A DNA stretch of 64,000 nucleotides from Promethearchaeota archaeon (GTDB taxonomy: Archaea > Asgardarchaeota > Lokiarchaeia > Sigyniarchaeales > SOKP01), in the NCBI GenBank assembly GCA_016839555.1, contig JAEOUA010000001.1:64001-128000 (forward strand). Direction: 5' to 3'. Of the stretch, positions 21,640 to 31,793 are shown piece after piece. How positions within the stretch are numbered: the first letter of the stretch is position 1; each line of letters begins with the position of its first letter. The translations under genes and the position numbers were made by a program. The notes beneath the pieces were generated by a model. The model saw only the letters and a list, made by a program, of their open reading frames with translations, was not told the origin of the DNA and made no database searches.

Positions 21640-23640
21640 ATGATCGAGAATAATTTTCCATTTATCAAGTATGGTAATAATGTTTTTGTAATTCCTACGT
21701 TTCATAGCCGGATTGAGTTTGCAAAATTGGTTCAGAAAGCTTTTTTTACTGTATATCCCGATTTAATAGCAGTTGAATTGCCAGCTACCGTGAAAAAGGA
21801 AGTTTTTGAAGGTATAGAGAGACTTCCTTTTCTTTCTTTAATCGCGTATGCAGATAGTTTAAATCCTGACAAACTTAACTTTATTCCTATTGATCCTGGT
21901 GATTCTATCATCCATGCAATTCGAATAGGAAAACAACAGAATGTACCTATAGAATTCATTGATTTATCAGTAAAAGAATATCAACCTGAAAACATAGAAC
22001 TGCCAGATGATTATTCTTTAAACGCTATTGATTTACAAACATTTTATAATGAAATTTCAGTTCATTTCCGAAAGACTCTTTATAAACAAAAAACCAAATT
22101 GCGAAATCAACTAGACTTCCAAGATCTAATAACCAACGAGGAGCAATTAGATGCGAGGTATGAAAATCTTGAAAAAGATGTTTTTAGAGAAATGTATATG
22201 GCCTCTAATCTTTTGAGAATGATGCCAGCTTATCATAGAATCTTATTTATTGTGGGGATGGCTCATTGGGAATCTATAAAATATTATTTAGAACATCCTT
22301 CATTGCTAAAAAATGTTAATATTGACCTAGAACCCCATAAATACCTTAAAATTTACAATGTGAAGGGGAATCATGCTCGTTATCTTCTCAGAGAATTACC
22401 ATATCATGTATATCAGTGGGAACTTTTTAATCAACAATTTTTTAAGAAAATTTTGGAAAATATTCAAACTATAGAAGAATTAAATTCTCTTATTGATGAA
22501 TTTGATAAAAATACTCATATCAAACAAATATATCTTTCTGCGAAGAATGAATATGAAGAGGAATTCAAAGAATATATTAACCTTCAAAAATTGAAAAATC
22601 TTTTTCAGTATACACGTAATATCACCTTAACGGAAAAAAGACTCATACCTAATTTATTTCATTTATTAATTTCTTCAAAAAACCTTATAGATGATGATTT
22701 CGCATGGAAAGTAATGGAGGAAGCAATTAAATACCCCTTTGATGATGATAGTGAAAAATATGAAACTATTAAGCTTGATATGGAAGGTGGATACGATCCA
22801 AATGGCCGTTATATTAAATTACAGAGACATCATCCCTCATATTATAAAAAACCTAAAGAGGTCCCATTGGAGAAGAGGCCAAAAGAAAAATATCCCGGTG
22901 AATGGCGAGACAAATGGGAGGGAGGGAAAAATCGGACAGTATCTTATCCGCCGGAAGATATAATTGAGGAAAATTATTTTGCATATATTCGTCAAAAAGC
23001 TATTAAAAATTTAAAAGAACGACGAATAAATATTGAAGAATTTCAATCAAGCATCAAGGATGGTATAGCAATTAAAGAAACAATTAGAGATTGGGGTATC
23101 AATAAAAAAATTTATGTGAAGAATGAACAAAAAATTAAAGGAAGAGTCGATACAATTGTTATTATTTTTGAGGAAGATGATGGAGAGATAGAAAAATATC
23201 CCTATAAGCTGACTTGGTGGGCAGAACATGATAAAGAAAGTAACCTTGCGTTTTATTCAACCAATCCGGGAGAATATCTTATTGGACCAGGAATCTCTCA
23301 TGTAGAAATAGGGGGTTTGCTCAGTATTTTTCCTCCTATATTTATTGAACAAGTATTCAGTGCGTATATGGATTATAATTATAAAGATGCGGAAACTAAA
23401 GCGGAACGCCTCCTTAAAGCGGCAATTCTCTATTCTAGAGAAAAATATATTGTATATATTGCCAAAAACCCGCCCCGAAAACACTTTTATTCTCTTGCGG
23501 GCGTAAAGCATAGAGAAATTATATATATTCCTCTCGATAATTATTCTCAAGAATCTTTTAAGCCCGTAAGACATATTCATATTTTAGCTGGGAAAGATAA
23601 AAGAAAAATTGCACATAACTATATTTTCTTAAATAAATGA
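21640..23640 (+). CDS. Conserved hypothetical AAA-partner protein with a TraB/TIKI/YehM-like N-terminal domain
   Basis: PTFH..PDLIAVELP, IEFIDL, REMYMA, ILFIVGMAHW. Starts 16 bp after the AAA gene. Confidence 0.6.
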   Translation: MIENNFPFIKYGNNVFVIPTFHSRIEFAKLVQKAFFTVYPDLIAVELPATVKKEVFEGIERLPFLSLIAYADSLNPDKLNFIPIDPGDSIIHAIRIGKQQNVPIEFIDLSVKEYQPENIELPDDYSLNAIDLQTFYNEISVHFRKTLYKQKTKLRNQLDFQDLITNEEQLDARYENLEKDVFREMYMASNLLRMMPAYHRILFIVGMAHWESIKYYLEHPSLLKNVNIDLEPHKYLKIYNVKGNHARYLLRELPYHVYQWELFNQQFFKKILENIQTIEELNSLIDEFDKNTHIKQIYLSAKNEYEEEFKEYINLQKLKNLFQYTRNITLTEKRLIPNLFHLLISSKNLIDDDFAWKVMEEAIKYPFDDDSEKYETIKLDMEGGYDPNGRYIKLQRHHPSYYKKPKEVPLEKRPKEKYPGEWRDKWEGGKNRTVSYPPEDIIEENYFAYIRQKAIKNLKERRINIEEFQSSIKDGIAIKETIRDWGINKKIYVKNEQKIKGRVDTIVIIFEEDDGEIEKYPYKLTWWAEHDKESNLAFYSTNPGEYLIGPGISHVEIGGLLSIFPPIFIEQVFSAYMDYNYKDAETKAERLLKAAILYSREKYIVYIAKNPPRKHFYSLAGVKHREIIYIPLDNYSQESFKPVRHIHILAGKDKRKIAHNYIFLNK

Positions 23641-23778
23641 ATAGAAATCAATAACATGGGAAAATCAAAAGATTTTAGATATAACTATCATTACCAAAAT
23701 AAAGTAAAATTTTTTTACCCTATATCCATATTTTAATTAATATATAAGAATATATTGATCATCTTTTAATTTGTACCT

Positions 23779-24303
23779 ATGTTTCAGACGTTACTTTTCA
23801 AAATCGTGATAGTGGGTGATGGCGGCGTTGGCAAGTCTACAATGCTACAAAGATTAGTAACAAATGAATTTATTTCTTGCCAAGTCACTATTGGAACTGA
23901 TTTTAGAATGTTTAATGTTGCAATAAATAACTGCCTTATAAAATTGCAAATTTGGGACCTAGCTGGAGAGGAACGGTTCCATTTTCTCTTAGGGAACTAT
24001 TGTCAAGGTGCAACTGGAGTGCTGCTCTGCTATGATATCACGCGCTATACCACTTTTAAAAATATCGAAAAATGGTATAATATCACTAAAAATAATGCTG
24101 ATAATCCTATATTTATCTTAGTTGGGGAAAAAAAAGATTTAGAATATAGAAGAGTAGTTTCCAAAGAAATGGGCTATTATTTTAAAAAACGATTTCAATT
24201 GGATTATTTTTTTGAAACCTCTTCAAAATCAGGCATAAATAATAAAGTTATATTTGAAACTCTTGCAGCTGCTATCGCAGAAAAGAGAAATCTTGATTTA
24301 TAA
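23779..24303 (+). CDS. Rab-like small GTPase with variant G3 and G4 motifs
   Basis: GDGGVGKS, VTIGTDF, IKLQIWDLAGEERF, G4 reads EKKD instead of NKxD, G5 ETSSK. Confidence 0.9.
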   Translation: MFQTLLFKIVIVGDGGVGKSTMLQRLVTNEFISCQVTIGTDFRMFNVAINNCLIKLQIWDLAGEERFHFLLGNYCQGATGVLLCYDITRYTTFKNIEKWYNITKNNADNPIFILVGEKKDLEYRRVVSKEMGYYFKKRFQLDYFFETSSKSGINNKVIFETLAAAIAEKRNLDL

Positions 24304-24417
24304 CCTTGTTTGATTCTTAATAAAGGTGTCTTTACGACTTTTGAATGATTTTTATAAAAATTCACATGCTCTTTTTCTTTAAATATGTTCATTGGTTATT
24401 CTTTTTTAGACAATATC

Positions 24418-24588
24418 ATGAAAAAAGTGAGTTTGTTGAGAACCAAAGGGAAAGAACGTGTGTGTAAAAATTGCCAGCATTATGATATAGAAAGGCATGT
24501 GTGTAGATATTTCCATAGAAAGCTCGCTCCTCATTTTTATTGCATTGTAGACGGAAATAAGGTGTATTTTCTAGAAAATTCTCATTAA
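24418..24588 (+). CDS. Small Cys-rich (possible Zn-binding) protein
   Basis: CKNC..HVC..FYC in a 56-aa ORF from ATG 24418 (alternative start 24385). Confidence 0.45.
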   Translation: MKKVSLLRTKGKERVCKNCQHYDIERHVCRYFHRKLAPHFYCIVDGNKVYFLENSH

Positions 24589-24784
24589 GTCCTATTTTTA
24601 ATTTGTTTATAGCTCGTTATTAACACTGTTTTTAAATAAAAATGGAACATTTACCACCTTCTAATTCTTTTACAAAACTAAGAATACCAAAACGAATTAA
24701 GTGCAAAATATCACAAATCTAATATAAAAAATAGAAAATAAAGAAATTATTAGGTTAAGTTTTCAAAAAAATAGGAGAAAAAAA

Positions 24785-26488
24785 TTAGTCTTCAACTGAA
24801 TCTAAAATAGATTCAATTTTGCTTTGAATGACTTCTGGCTTCTCTGCCTCTTCGTCTTTTAGTGCCAACTTGCGCTCGTAATTCTCACGGTGAATGGTAT
24901 TATATGCACAGAATGGAATCTCTAATACCTTGCTTCTGTCATCAGGGTCTATAATCCCATAGTGAACCAAGCACCTCTGAACTCGCTCTAAATCGAAGTT
25001 ATAAGCATCTTGGAAATGCATAGCCCCGATCATTAGGTTTTTCGTGTGTAAAAATGTTCCAGCACTTTCTAAACTTGGGGCAAAAACTAATTTTGCAAAA
25101 CTCTGATATGTTTTATTGGTAAGGATTTTTTGTGGATTTTTAATATATCTGGTTAATCCCGCAAAATAATATGCCTTCATTATTTGTCTATATCCTACAT
25201 CAGAAAGCTCATCGACAAATTTACCAATAGTTTCCACGATAATTCCAAATTTTGATAAATTTAACCCTTTAAAAAATCCCGTTGGTTTTGGAACTTCTTT
25301 ATTATAGACCATGTCATAGACCTTATTTGTCCATCTAATCAATCCTTCGACATCGAAATAATTATCAATACCTTCCCATTCATCATTTTCGTTCACCACA
25401 ACGATACTTGCAAAGCCGCAATCTTTATGTGAAAGCATGGCCCATTCAGGCTTACTATCAAACCAAGCAAGTAGCTTAGTAAATTTACCGGTTGTTGCAA
25501 GCGGATAAAACTTCCCAAACTTTCCATTCATATGCTTATTAATAGCAACCTTTAAGTCTGAGGTGGTATATCGTAAATCCATAAGCTCTTCGAAACTAAT
25601 ACGCCCACAGAGGGAAACAGGTTGAAATACCACTCCCGAAACTACATCGGCATTGTCTTTCGCAAAATCAAGAATATTGCCAACTTGATGGTCATTCACT
25701 CCTCTTGCTACGGTAGGAACGAGCATTACACCATATTGACCAACTTCACGACAATGTTCAATTACTTTCTTTTTTAGAGGCCATAAATTCACACCTCTAA
25801 TTTTCTTCCAGGTTTCAGGATCATCAGTGGCATCAAATTGTAAATAAATAGCATCTACTCCCGCTTCCTGGAGTTTTCTAGTATATTCTAATGATTTTCC
25901 CATTCGGACTCCGTTAGTAGATACCATAGTTTCAATAAAGCCTAATTCCTTGGCTTTTTTTAATATCTCTGGTAAGTCTTCTCGTACGGTTGGTTCTCCT
26001 CCTGCTACTTGAAGCATTGGAGGAGCATAAGGTTTCATAGATCTAAAATGTCTCATTATTTGTACTATTTCATCGAATGTTGGTTCGACAACATATCCTT
26101 TTGCCGATGCGTTCGCAAAACATATAGGACACGTCAAATTACAACGATTTGTCACATCAATAAGACAGATGCATGGCGCAGTTTTATGATTTTCGCAAAT
26201 GCCGCAGTCATAAGGGCATCCATTTTTGGTGGGTTTAATACCAGAAGATATAAATTCGGGTTTTGAGGTGTTATTTTTTTTGGACCCTATTTCCTCAGTA
26301 AATTCAGCAGCCCATTTATATTCATCTGGGTTAATAGATATCTTATCTTTAAAATCTCCATGCGATTTACATGTTTTCCTCATCATTACCCAGCCAGTTT
26401 CGGAATCCACATAAAGCTCAGCTGGAATCTGTTGAAGACACTCCGGACATAAACTTGTTGTCGTACGTATAATTTCCTCTTCAGTCAT
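24785..26488 (-). CDS. tes: Tetraether lipid synthase (Tes/GDGT-MAS, MJ0619-like) radical SAM enzyme
   Basis: N-terminal SLCPEC..KTC..HG site, GCPYDCGICENH cluster motif, DVTNRCNLTCPICFANA radical SAM motif, GGEPT, MHFQDAYNFDLERVQRC, IPFCAYN. Confidence 0.85.
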   Translation of the reverse strand: MTEEEIIRTTTSLCPECLQQIPAELYVDSETGWVMMRKTCKSHGDFKDKISINPDEYKWAAEFTEEIGSKKNNTSKPEFISSGIKPTKNGCPYDCGICENHKTAPCICLIDVTNRCNLTCPICFANASAKGYVVEPTFDEIVQIMRHFRSMKPYAPPMLQVAGGEPTVREDLPEILKKAKELGFIETMVSTNGVRMGKSLEYTRKLQEAGVDAIYLQFDATDDPETWKKIRGVNLWPLKKKVIEHCREVGQYGVMLVPTVARGVNDHQVGNILDFAKDNADVVSGVVFQPVSLCGRISFEELMDLRYTTSDLKVAINKHMNGKFGKFYPLATTGKFTKLLAWFDSKPEWAMLSHKDCGFASIVVVNENDEWEGIDNYFDVEGLIRWTNKVYDMVYNKEVPKPTGFFKGLNLSKFGIIVETIGKFVDELSDVGYRQIMKAYYFAGLTRYIKNPQKILTNKTYQSFAKLVFAPSLESAGTFLHTKNLMIGAMHFQDAYNFDLERVQRCLVHYGIIDPDDRSKVLEIPFCAYNTIHRENYERKLALKDEEAEKPEVIQSKIESILDSVED

Positions 26489-26666
26489 AATTACATTACC
26501 TAATTTCGTGTGTATTAAATTACATTAATTCAAAATTTATTTAATTAAATATTTCTTGAAATAAATTTAAAATAATGAAGAAGTTAAATAATAAAAAAGA
26601 AATTAAATTTTTAAAATTATTAAAAGTATTAAAAGGGTTTTTAATGGAATTTTAGAAATTGTTATT

Positions 26667-27074
26667 TTGATGTCAATGATTGAACAAAAACCAGGTAATG
26701 AAGAAGAAGAGGAGCTTAAACTAGACATAGGAACACTCATTTTTGTTATAGTAGGATTTGTGGTCTCGTGGATAAACATGATTATTATTTATCAAACCCA
26801 AACCAAGAGTACGAATGAATTGTTAAAAATTTTTACCTATTTATCCATAATTTTTACAACAGTAATTCCTTGTGTGGGGATAGGATTAAAAAATCGGTTG
26901 TGGGGGTATGGCTATATAATTGGATTTGCTATAGCAGGAGTTCCATTTCTATTTATTGTAGACCTTTTTATTGGAGCGTACACATCAGCAACAACTCTTT
27001 TTCTCTTTATAATTTTATGGCTTATCTTTTGGAAAACGTGGAGATCGCTCCACAACATTAGATATTTCGATTAA
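26667..27074 (+). CDS. Hypothetical membrane protein (about 4 TM helices)
   Basis: Four hydrophobic stretches after an acidic N-terminus. Confidence 0.7.
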   Translation: MMSMIEQKPGNEEEEELKLDIGTLIFVIVGFVVSWINMIIIYQTQTKSTNELLKIFTYLSIIFTTVIPCVGIGLKNRLWGYGYIIGFAIAGVPFLFIVDLFIGAYTSATTLFLFIILWLIFWKTWRSLHNIRYFD

Positions 27075-27160
27075 AATTAAAATTCTTTTTGTTATATGTG
27101 TTTTTTAATCAGTATCATAAATAAAATAACAAAAAAATAGGACTGCAAAAAAAGCTTCCA

Positions 27161-27361
27161 TTATGCCAAATGCACCATTAAACGCCCATATAAATCTGCC
27201 ATAACAGCAGCAGACCCTTCATGTCTCGCTGTTATTACATTTATCCCTTTTTGATGTATCGCATCCATTAGAAATTGTGTATAACCTCCCGGCAATCCGA
27301 ATATATGATTGATACCCGTTTCTTTTAAAATGTCAGCCACTAAATCAATGACTCTAACCAT
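27161..27361 (-). pseudogene. Truncated thiamine-pyrophosphate enzyme (acetolactate synthase-like) N-terminal fragment
   Basis: HIFGLPGG and TARHEGSAAVMADLYGRL, then a stop after 66 aa with no continuation before the convergent gene. Confidence 0.8.
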
Positions 27362-27639
27362 CTCTACAAACTCTCTTTAATTTACGTTTTTGATTTTTAT
27401 TATAAATATTATTTTATAAGATCACGATTAAGAATTTATAATTAATTCAAATAACACTGATAAATTTTTTTTTAAATATATCAATATAAATTTAAAATTT
27501 CTTTAAATTAATAAAGGAAATTGAAATTCGAATATAAAGCAATAAGATTTTCTCATATATTTCATTTTTTTTATTTTGTATGAAATTATATATAGCTAAA
27601 ATCATTATAAGAAATTAAAAAAATTTTTGTGAAAGAATT

Positions 27640-28590
27640 GTGGAACTTAAAGAGATAGCTAATAATATTTTTGCATGCTTGCAAGAAGATAAAGGATTTG
27701 GATGGAATAATACCGGATTCATTAATCTTGGTGGAGGCTTAATTATTGATACTTGTTATGATTTAAACTATACGAAAAATATGATAGAACTTATTAAAGG
27801 GATATATTCTGGACCAATTCGCCGAGTTGTAAATACCCATCATAACGGAGATCATACATGGGGCAATCAACTTTTTAAAGATTCTGAAATTATAGCTCAT
27901 CGTCTCTGTGCGGAAGAAATGGAAAAGGAAAAAGCGCGTAATTTACCTGGACTACTTCAGACTGGTATAAAGAGACCACATAGGTTTCCATCTGATATGA
28001 AATGGTTTATTGATGATATCAGTGAATTTGATTATTCTGAGGTTGAAATCACACTACCAAATCATTTAATCGAAAATAGGTTAGATCTAGAATTAGATAA
28101 TCTCATTTGTCAAATTATTTATGTTAGTCCAGCACACACATCAAATGATTTAATCGTCAATATTCCCGATGAAAAAATCGTCTTTTCTGGTGATATTGTT
28201 TTTCATAAAACAACCCCCTTAGGCTGGGAAGGTACCCACCAAAAATGGATAGAAGCTTTGGATTTAATTATTTCTATGAATCCCAAAATTATTGTTCCTG
28301 GGCATGGTCCTCTGTGTGATGTAGATGGTGTAAAAAAATTGCGTGAGTATTTTGAGTTTGTCTATTCTGAAGCTAAGCGTTTTTATGATGAGGGATTGGC
28401 TCCTTTGGAAGCATCAAAACGAATTGATCTAGGTCCTTATAAAGAGTGGACCGAACCAGAACGATTAATTTTCAACGTTAATAGAGCTTATCGCGAATTT
28501 AAAAAAGAGGAGCCATGGGATGCTCCATTCAACGAAATTGATCTTTTATCCAAAGGTGGCAAATTAAGAGCTTACTGGGAAAAGAATTAA
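27640..28590 (+). CDS. Metallo-beta-lactamase fold hydrolase (cyclase-like)
   Basis: NTHHNGDHTWGN, PAHT, FSGD, IVPGHG. Confidence 0.9.
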   Translation: MELKEIANNIFACLQEDKGFGWNNTGFINLGGGLIIDTCYDLNYTKNMIELIKGIYSGPIRRVVNTHHNGDHTWGNQLFKDSEIIAHRLCAEEMEKEKARNLPGLLQTGIKRPHRFPSDMKWFIDDISEFDYSEVEITLPNHLIENRLDLELDNLICQIIYVSPAHTSNDLIVNIPDEKIVFSGDIVFHKTTPLGWEGTHQKWIEALDLIISMNPKIIVPGHGPLCDVDGVKKLREYFEFVYSEAKRFYDEGLAPLEASKRIDLGPYKEWTEPERLIFNVNRAYREFKKEEPWDAPFNEIDLLSKGGKLRAYWEKN

Positions 28591-28689
28591 AACAAATAAA
28601 ATAAATTTGAGAGAAAATTATTTGAAATAAAATAGTGTAAAAATCAGAAATTAATTTCAAGTGATTCCTAGACTCCTATAGATAAATAC

Positions 28690-29316
28690 TTAATCTTGGA
28701 AGCCTTTTTTATTATATTCCAAGGGGACTCCAAAAGTATTAAGAAACATAGCTAATGCGTTGTATTGCCCAACGAGAAAAATTAGATCCATGATCTGTTC
28801 TTCATTATACCTTTCATTCAATGCTTTCCAAGTTGGATCAGTTATAAAAGCATCAGCATAGAGTTCATCCACAGTCAGGACTAATAACGCATCAAATGGG
28901 TCCCATCTTTCTGGGTCAGCCCCTTTTTTAATAAGATTTATTTCCTCCTCACTAAGTCCTGCATTCTTTCCCAATAAAACATGTTGACCCCATTCATATT
29001 CTGAATAACAGAGCCAAGCTGTGCGTAGGATTAATATCTCCCGATCTCTCTCAGGAAGGGATAGTTTTGAGCTTATTTGTCTTAAAGACATCATGAACCG
29101 CATTGTTATATCAGAGTTTCTCATCATGGTAGAATATACATTGAGGCCAAATAAAGCATGTGATACAGGATTTTCTATTAATAAATTAACCTTTTTTTCC
29201 CATTCTGATTTGTTTACGAGATCTTTATTTATTTTTCGAGCCTCTTTTATATCTAAAGGTGGGATCCTAGGTTCTGAAAGCCTTATACGATTAGGAACAT
29301 TAATCTTACGACCCAA
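28690..29316 (-). CDS. Carboxymuconolactone decarboxylase/AhpD family protein
   Basis: LPERDREILILRTAW..SEYEWGQH..GLSEEEI and LVGQYNALAMFLNTFGV. Start uncertain. Confidence 0.85.
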   Translation of the reverse strand: MGRKINVPNRIRLSEPRIPPLDIKEARKINKDLVNKSEWEKKVNLLIENPVSHALFGLNVYSTMMRNSDITMRFMMSLRQISSKLSLPERDREILILRTAWLCYSEYEWGQHVLLGKNAGLSEEEINLIKKGADPERWDPFDALLVLTVDELYADAFITDPTWKALNERYNEEQIMDLIFLVGQYNALAMFLNTFGVPLEYNKKGFQD

Positions 29317-29601
29317 AGAAGCTTCATCATTTTTTTTTAATTTAGCTCACCTTTAAATTTATGTTTTTTTTTTAATTAATCCTTAAGATGTACTTTCATT
29401 TAAATTTTGTGTAAGTTACAAAACTTAAAATGGCTTTTTTTATTGGATGTCTCTCAGTTTAATCACATTATTTCTAAACTGTTTTTTATCTCCTCTTTAC
29501 CTTTAATAATAAATAATATTTTCTAAAAAACCCGTATATTATTATTGTTTAATATTTTTTTATATCAAAAGATAAATGAAAAATTTTAATTAGTAAAATA
29601 G

Positions 29602-30534
29602 ATGACACATCAATTTGAATATAAAGATTATTGGTTTAATTATGTTCTCGATGAAGATCCCCGAAAAATTAAAGATTTGATTAGAGAGGAATATATAACA
29701 TCGCAAGGAATTAAGATCCACTTAGATATTTATGATGATAAGAGTAAAAATTTAGAAAAAACAGTAATTTTTTCTCATGGAACTTCGGTCTATTCAAGAT
29801 TCTATGCTGAATGGTTATATAATCTTTATCAAAATGGATTTAGAATCGTAGCTCCAGATTTGCCTGGACATGGTTTAAGTGGGGGTGAGAGGGGACACTT
29901 TACAATGGAAATGTTTACTCAAACGATGTATGATGTAAACAGTTGGGTAATTGATAATTTTGGAGAAAAGAATGCCGTTATGGGCTCTAGTTTGGGAGGG
30001 ATAAATGCTCTCTATTCAGCAGCTTACGATGATGACCGATTAAAGGGTGCCGTATGCCATAATGCTGCAATTTTTAATGAAAAAGCTTATAAAAAAATTA
30101 TAGATATGACTTTCCTGCTTAGAATGCTTCTACCATTGGTTCCAATAACTGCAAAAATAGCACCAAAATTACATTTTAGCGTATTTTTATACTTGGATTT
30201 TTATCGTTTGTGTAAAACAGAAAGATTATTAGAGCGTATCCCTCTTATTTTAGAAGATGAGATATTTGCAGATAAATACACTGCTATGGGATTAAGAACC
30301 CAGTTAAGAGCACCACTTGCAAAACCAGTTGAAGAGATCAAAACACCTATAATGATTATTAATGGAGATGAGGATGCACTCTTTTCAGAAGATTATATGC
30401 GAGAAATCTATGAACGTTTAACATGCTCTAATAAGGAATTGCAAATTATAGAAAATGCTTCTCATCTAATATTTCAAGAAAATATCCCAGAAGCATTGGA
30501 ACGTATTGTTCCATGGTTAAATAAGGTATTATAA
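29602..30534 (+). CDS. Alpha/beta hydrolase (lysophospholipase-like)
   Basis: FSHG, DLPGHGLSGGERG, nucleophile elbow GSSLGG, GDED, ASH. Confidence 0.88.
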   Translation: MTHQFEYKDYWFNYVLDEDPRKIKDLIREEYITSQGIKIHLDIYDDKSKNLEKTVIFSHGTSVYSRFYAEWLYNLYQNGFRIVAPDLPGHGLSGGERGHFTMEMFTQTMYDVNSWVIDNFGEKNAVMGSSLGGINALYSAAYDDDRLKGAVCHNAAIFNEKAYKKIIDMTFLLRMLLPLVPITAKIAPKLHFSVFLYLDFYRLCKTERLLERIPLILEDEIFADKYTAMGLRTQLRAPLAKPVEEIKTPIMIINGDEDALFSEDYMREIYERLTCSNKELQIIENASHLIFQENIPEALERIVPWLNKVL

Positions 30535-30566
30535 AAAAGGAGTATTAAAGAAATTTGAATAATAAT

Positions 30567-31022
30567 TTAAGATAATAATTTTACATCCTCGATTTTTACT
30601 TCAACAACTTTGTCAAGTACCATAAACTTTTTTTTAATTTTATCAAGGAGTTCTGAATTTAAAGAATCTGCTTTTACATAAGATTCATAATAGCAATCAC
30701 CAAGATCGAAGCATAATCCTGTTGTATGAAGAATTTCTTTACTTAAATTTAACTCCTTTAAGATACTCGATATACCTTTTACCAAATTCGGTGAAAAATC
30801 TTCAATTTTGATTAGCATCTTCTTAATCTGATTATTGGAAATAGGAAAGCAATTAATTTTTATTACGTCTTTTCTTGGAATAAAAATTAGCAGATAGTAA
30901 GGCGATTTAATAACTTCCTTTTTAATTTCATCTGGGAATAAATTATTAGTTTTTAATTCTTCGTTATCTATAATCAGACCTATAGATATCTTATTTCTTT
31001 CCGCTTGATTATCACTACTCAT
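30567..31022 (-). CDS. Hypothetical protein with possible C-terminal ACT-like domain
   Basis: SPNLVKGISSILKELN..ILHTTG..YESYV..VLDKVVEVKI has an ACT-like beta-alpha-beta-beta-alpha-beta pattern. Confidence 0.55.
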   Translation of the reverse strand: MSSDNQAERNKISIGLIIDNEELKTNNLFPDEIKKEVIKSPYYLLIFIPRKDVIKINCFPISNNQIKKMLIKIEDFSPNLVKGISSILKELNLSKEILHTTGLCFDLGDCYYESYVKADSLNSELLDKIKKKFMVLDKVVEVKIEDVKLLS

Positions 31023-31261
31023 ACTTAATCCATTAAATAGATTCTTTAATTATTAATATAAACTTTCTCATATAAAATTGACTTTCTTCTTATATTAGAA
31101 TATGTATTTTTAGATAATATTTTATACATTATATCCTCGTATTATTTGAATCTTGCCTACATACTATATCAATTTTTAATTTAAACTCATTTTTTATATA
31201 TTAAATTTAATTATATGAACTTTTAATTAGATTTCTTCAATAAATTAGGATATCAAATAGT

Positions 31262-31753
31262 ATGGATCATTATTATTCATATGGATTTAAAGCTGATAGC
31301 TATGAAATACATAAAAATCTGTTTCATGCGATTTATTTTGTAGATTATATTAGTGGATCACTCTTATTGAGTACCAAATTTTCTGAGAATTCAAAGGTTT
31401 GTAGGACGAATGAAGATCTTATCAGTAGCTTTCTAAATGCTATTAATCTTTTCATTAGAGAAATAAGTGAAAATAGAGACAATAGAGACGAAATTCAGGA
31501 GATAAATTTTAAAGATACGAGAATTTTATATGAACGCAGGGGTAGACTCATGATCATAGCCATTTCGAAGAAAAATAATATTAAAATAGAAAGAGAGATT
31601 TTAAAAATAATTTCAGAGGATTTTTACAGTCGCTTTGAGCAAAAAATTAAAAATTTCAGAGGATTTATTGATAATGATATATTAAATTATAAAAATATCC
31701 TAAATACTTTGGATTTTCACAAGTTTTTTAGTTTAGATAAAGAATTGTATTAA
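31262..31753 (+). CDS. Stand-alone longin-like domain protein
   Basis: AIYFVD..SGSLLLSTKF, EDLISSFLNAINLFIREI, IQEINF..RILYE..LMIIAIS, LKIISEDFYSRF match the Asgard longin pattern. Confidence 0.75.
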   Translation: MDHYYSYGFKADSYEIHKNLFHAIYFVDYISGSLLLSTKFSENSKVCRTNEDLISSFLNAINLFIREISENRDNRDEIQEINFKDTRILYERRGRLMIIAISKKNNIKIEREILKIISEDFYSRFEQKIKNFRGFIDNDILNYKNILNTLDFHKFFSLDKELY

Positions 31754-31793
31754 AAAAAAGTCTTATGTACAGGCTGATCTAATTAATATTTTT

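Noticed and set aside
29410-29420. TGTAAGTTACA palindrome between divergent CMD and hydrolase genes
   Set aside because: Too short to be significant in such AT-rich DNA, and no adjacent regulator.
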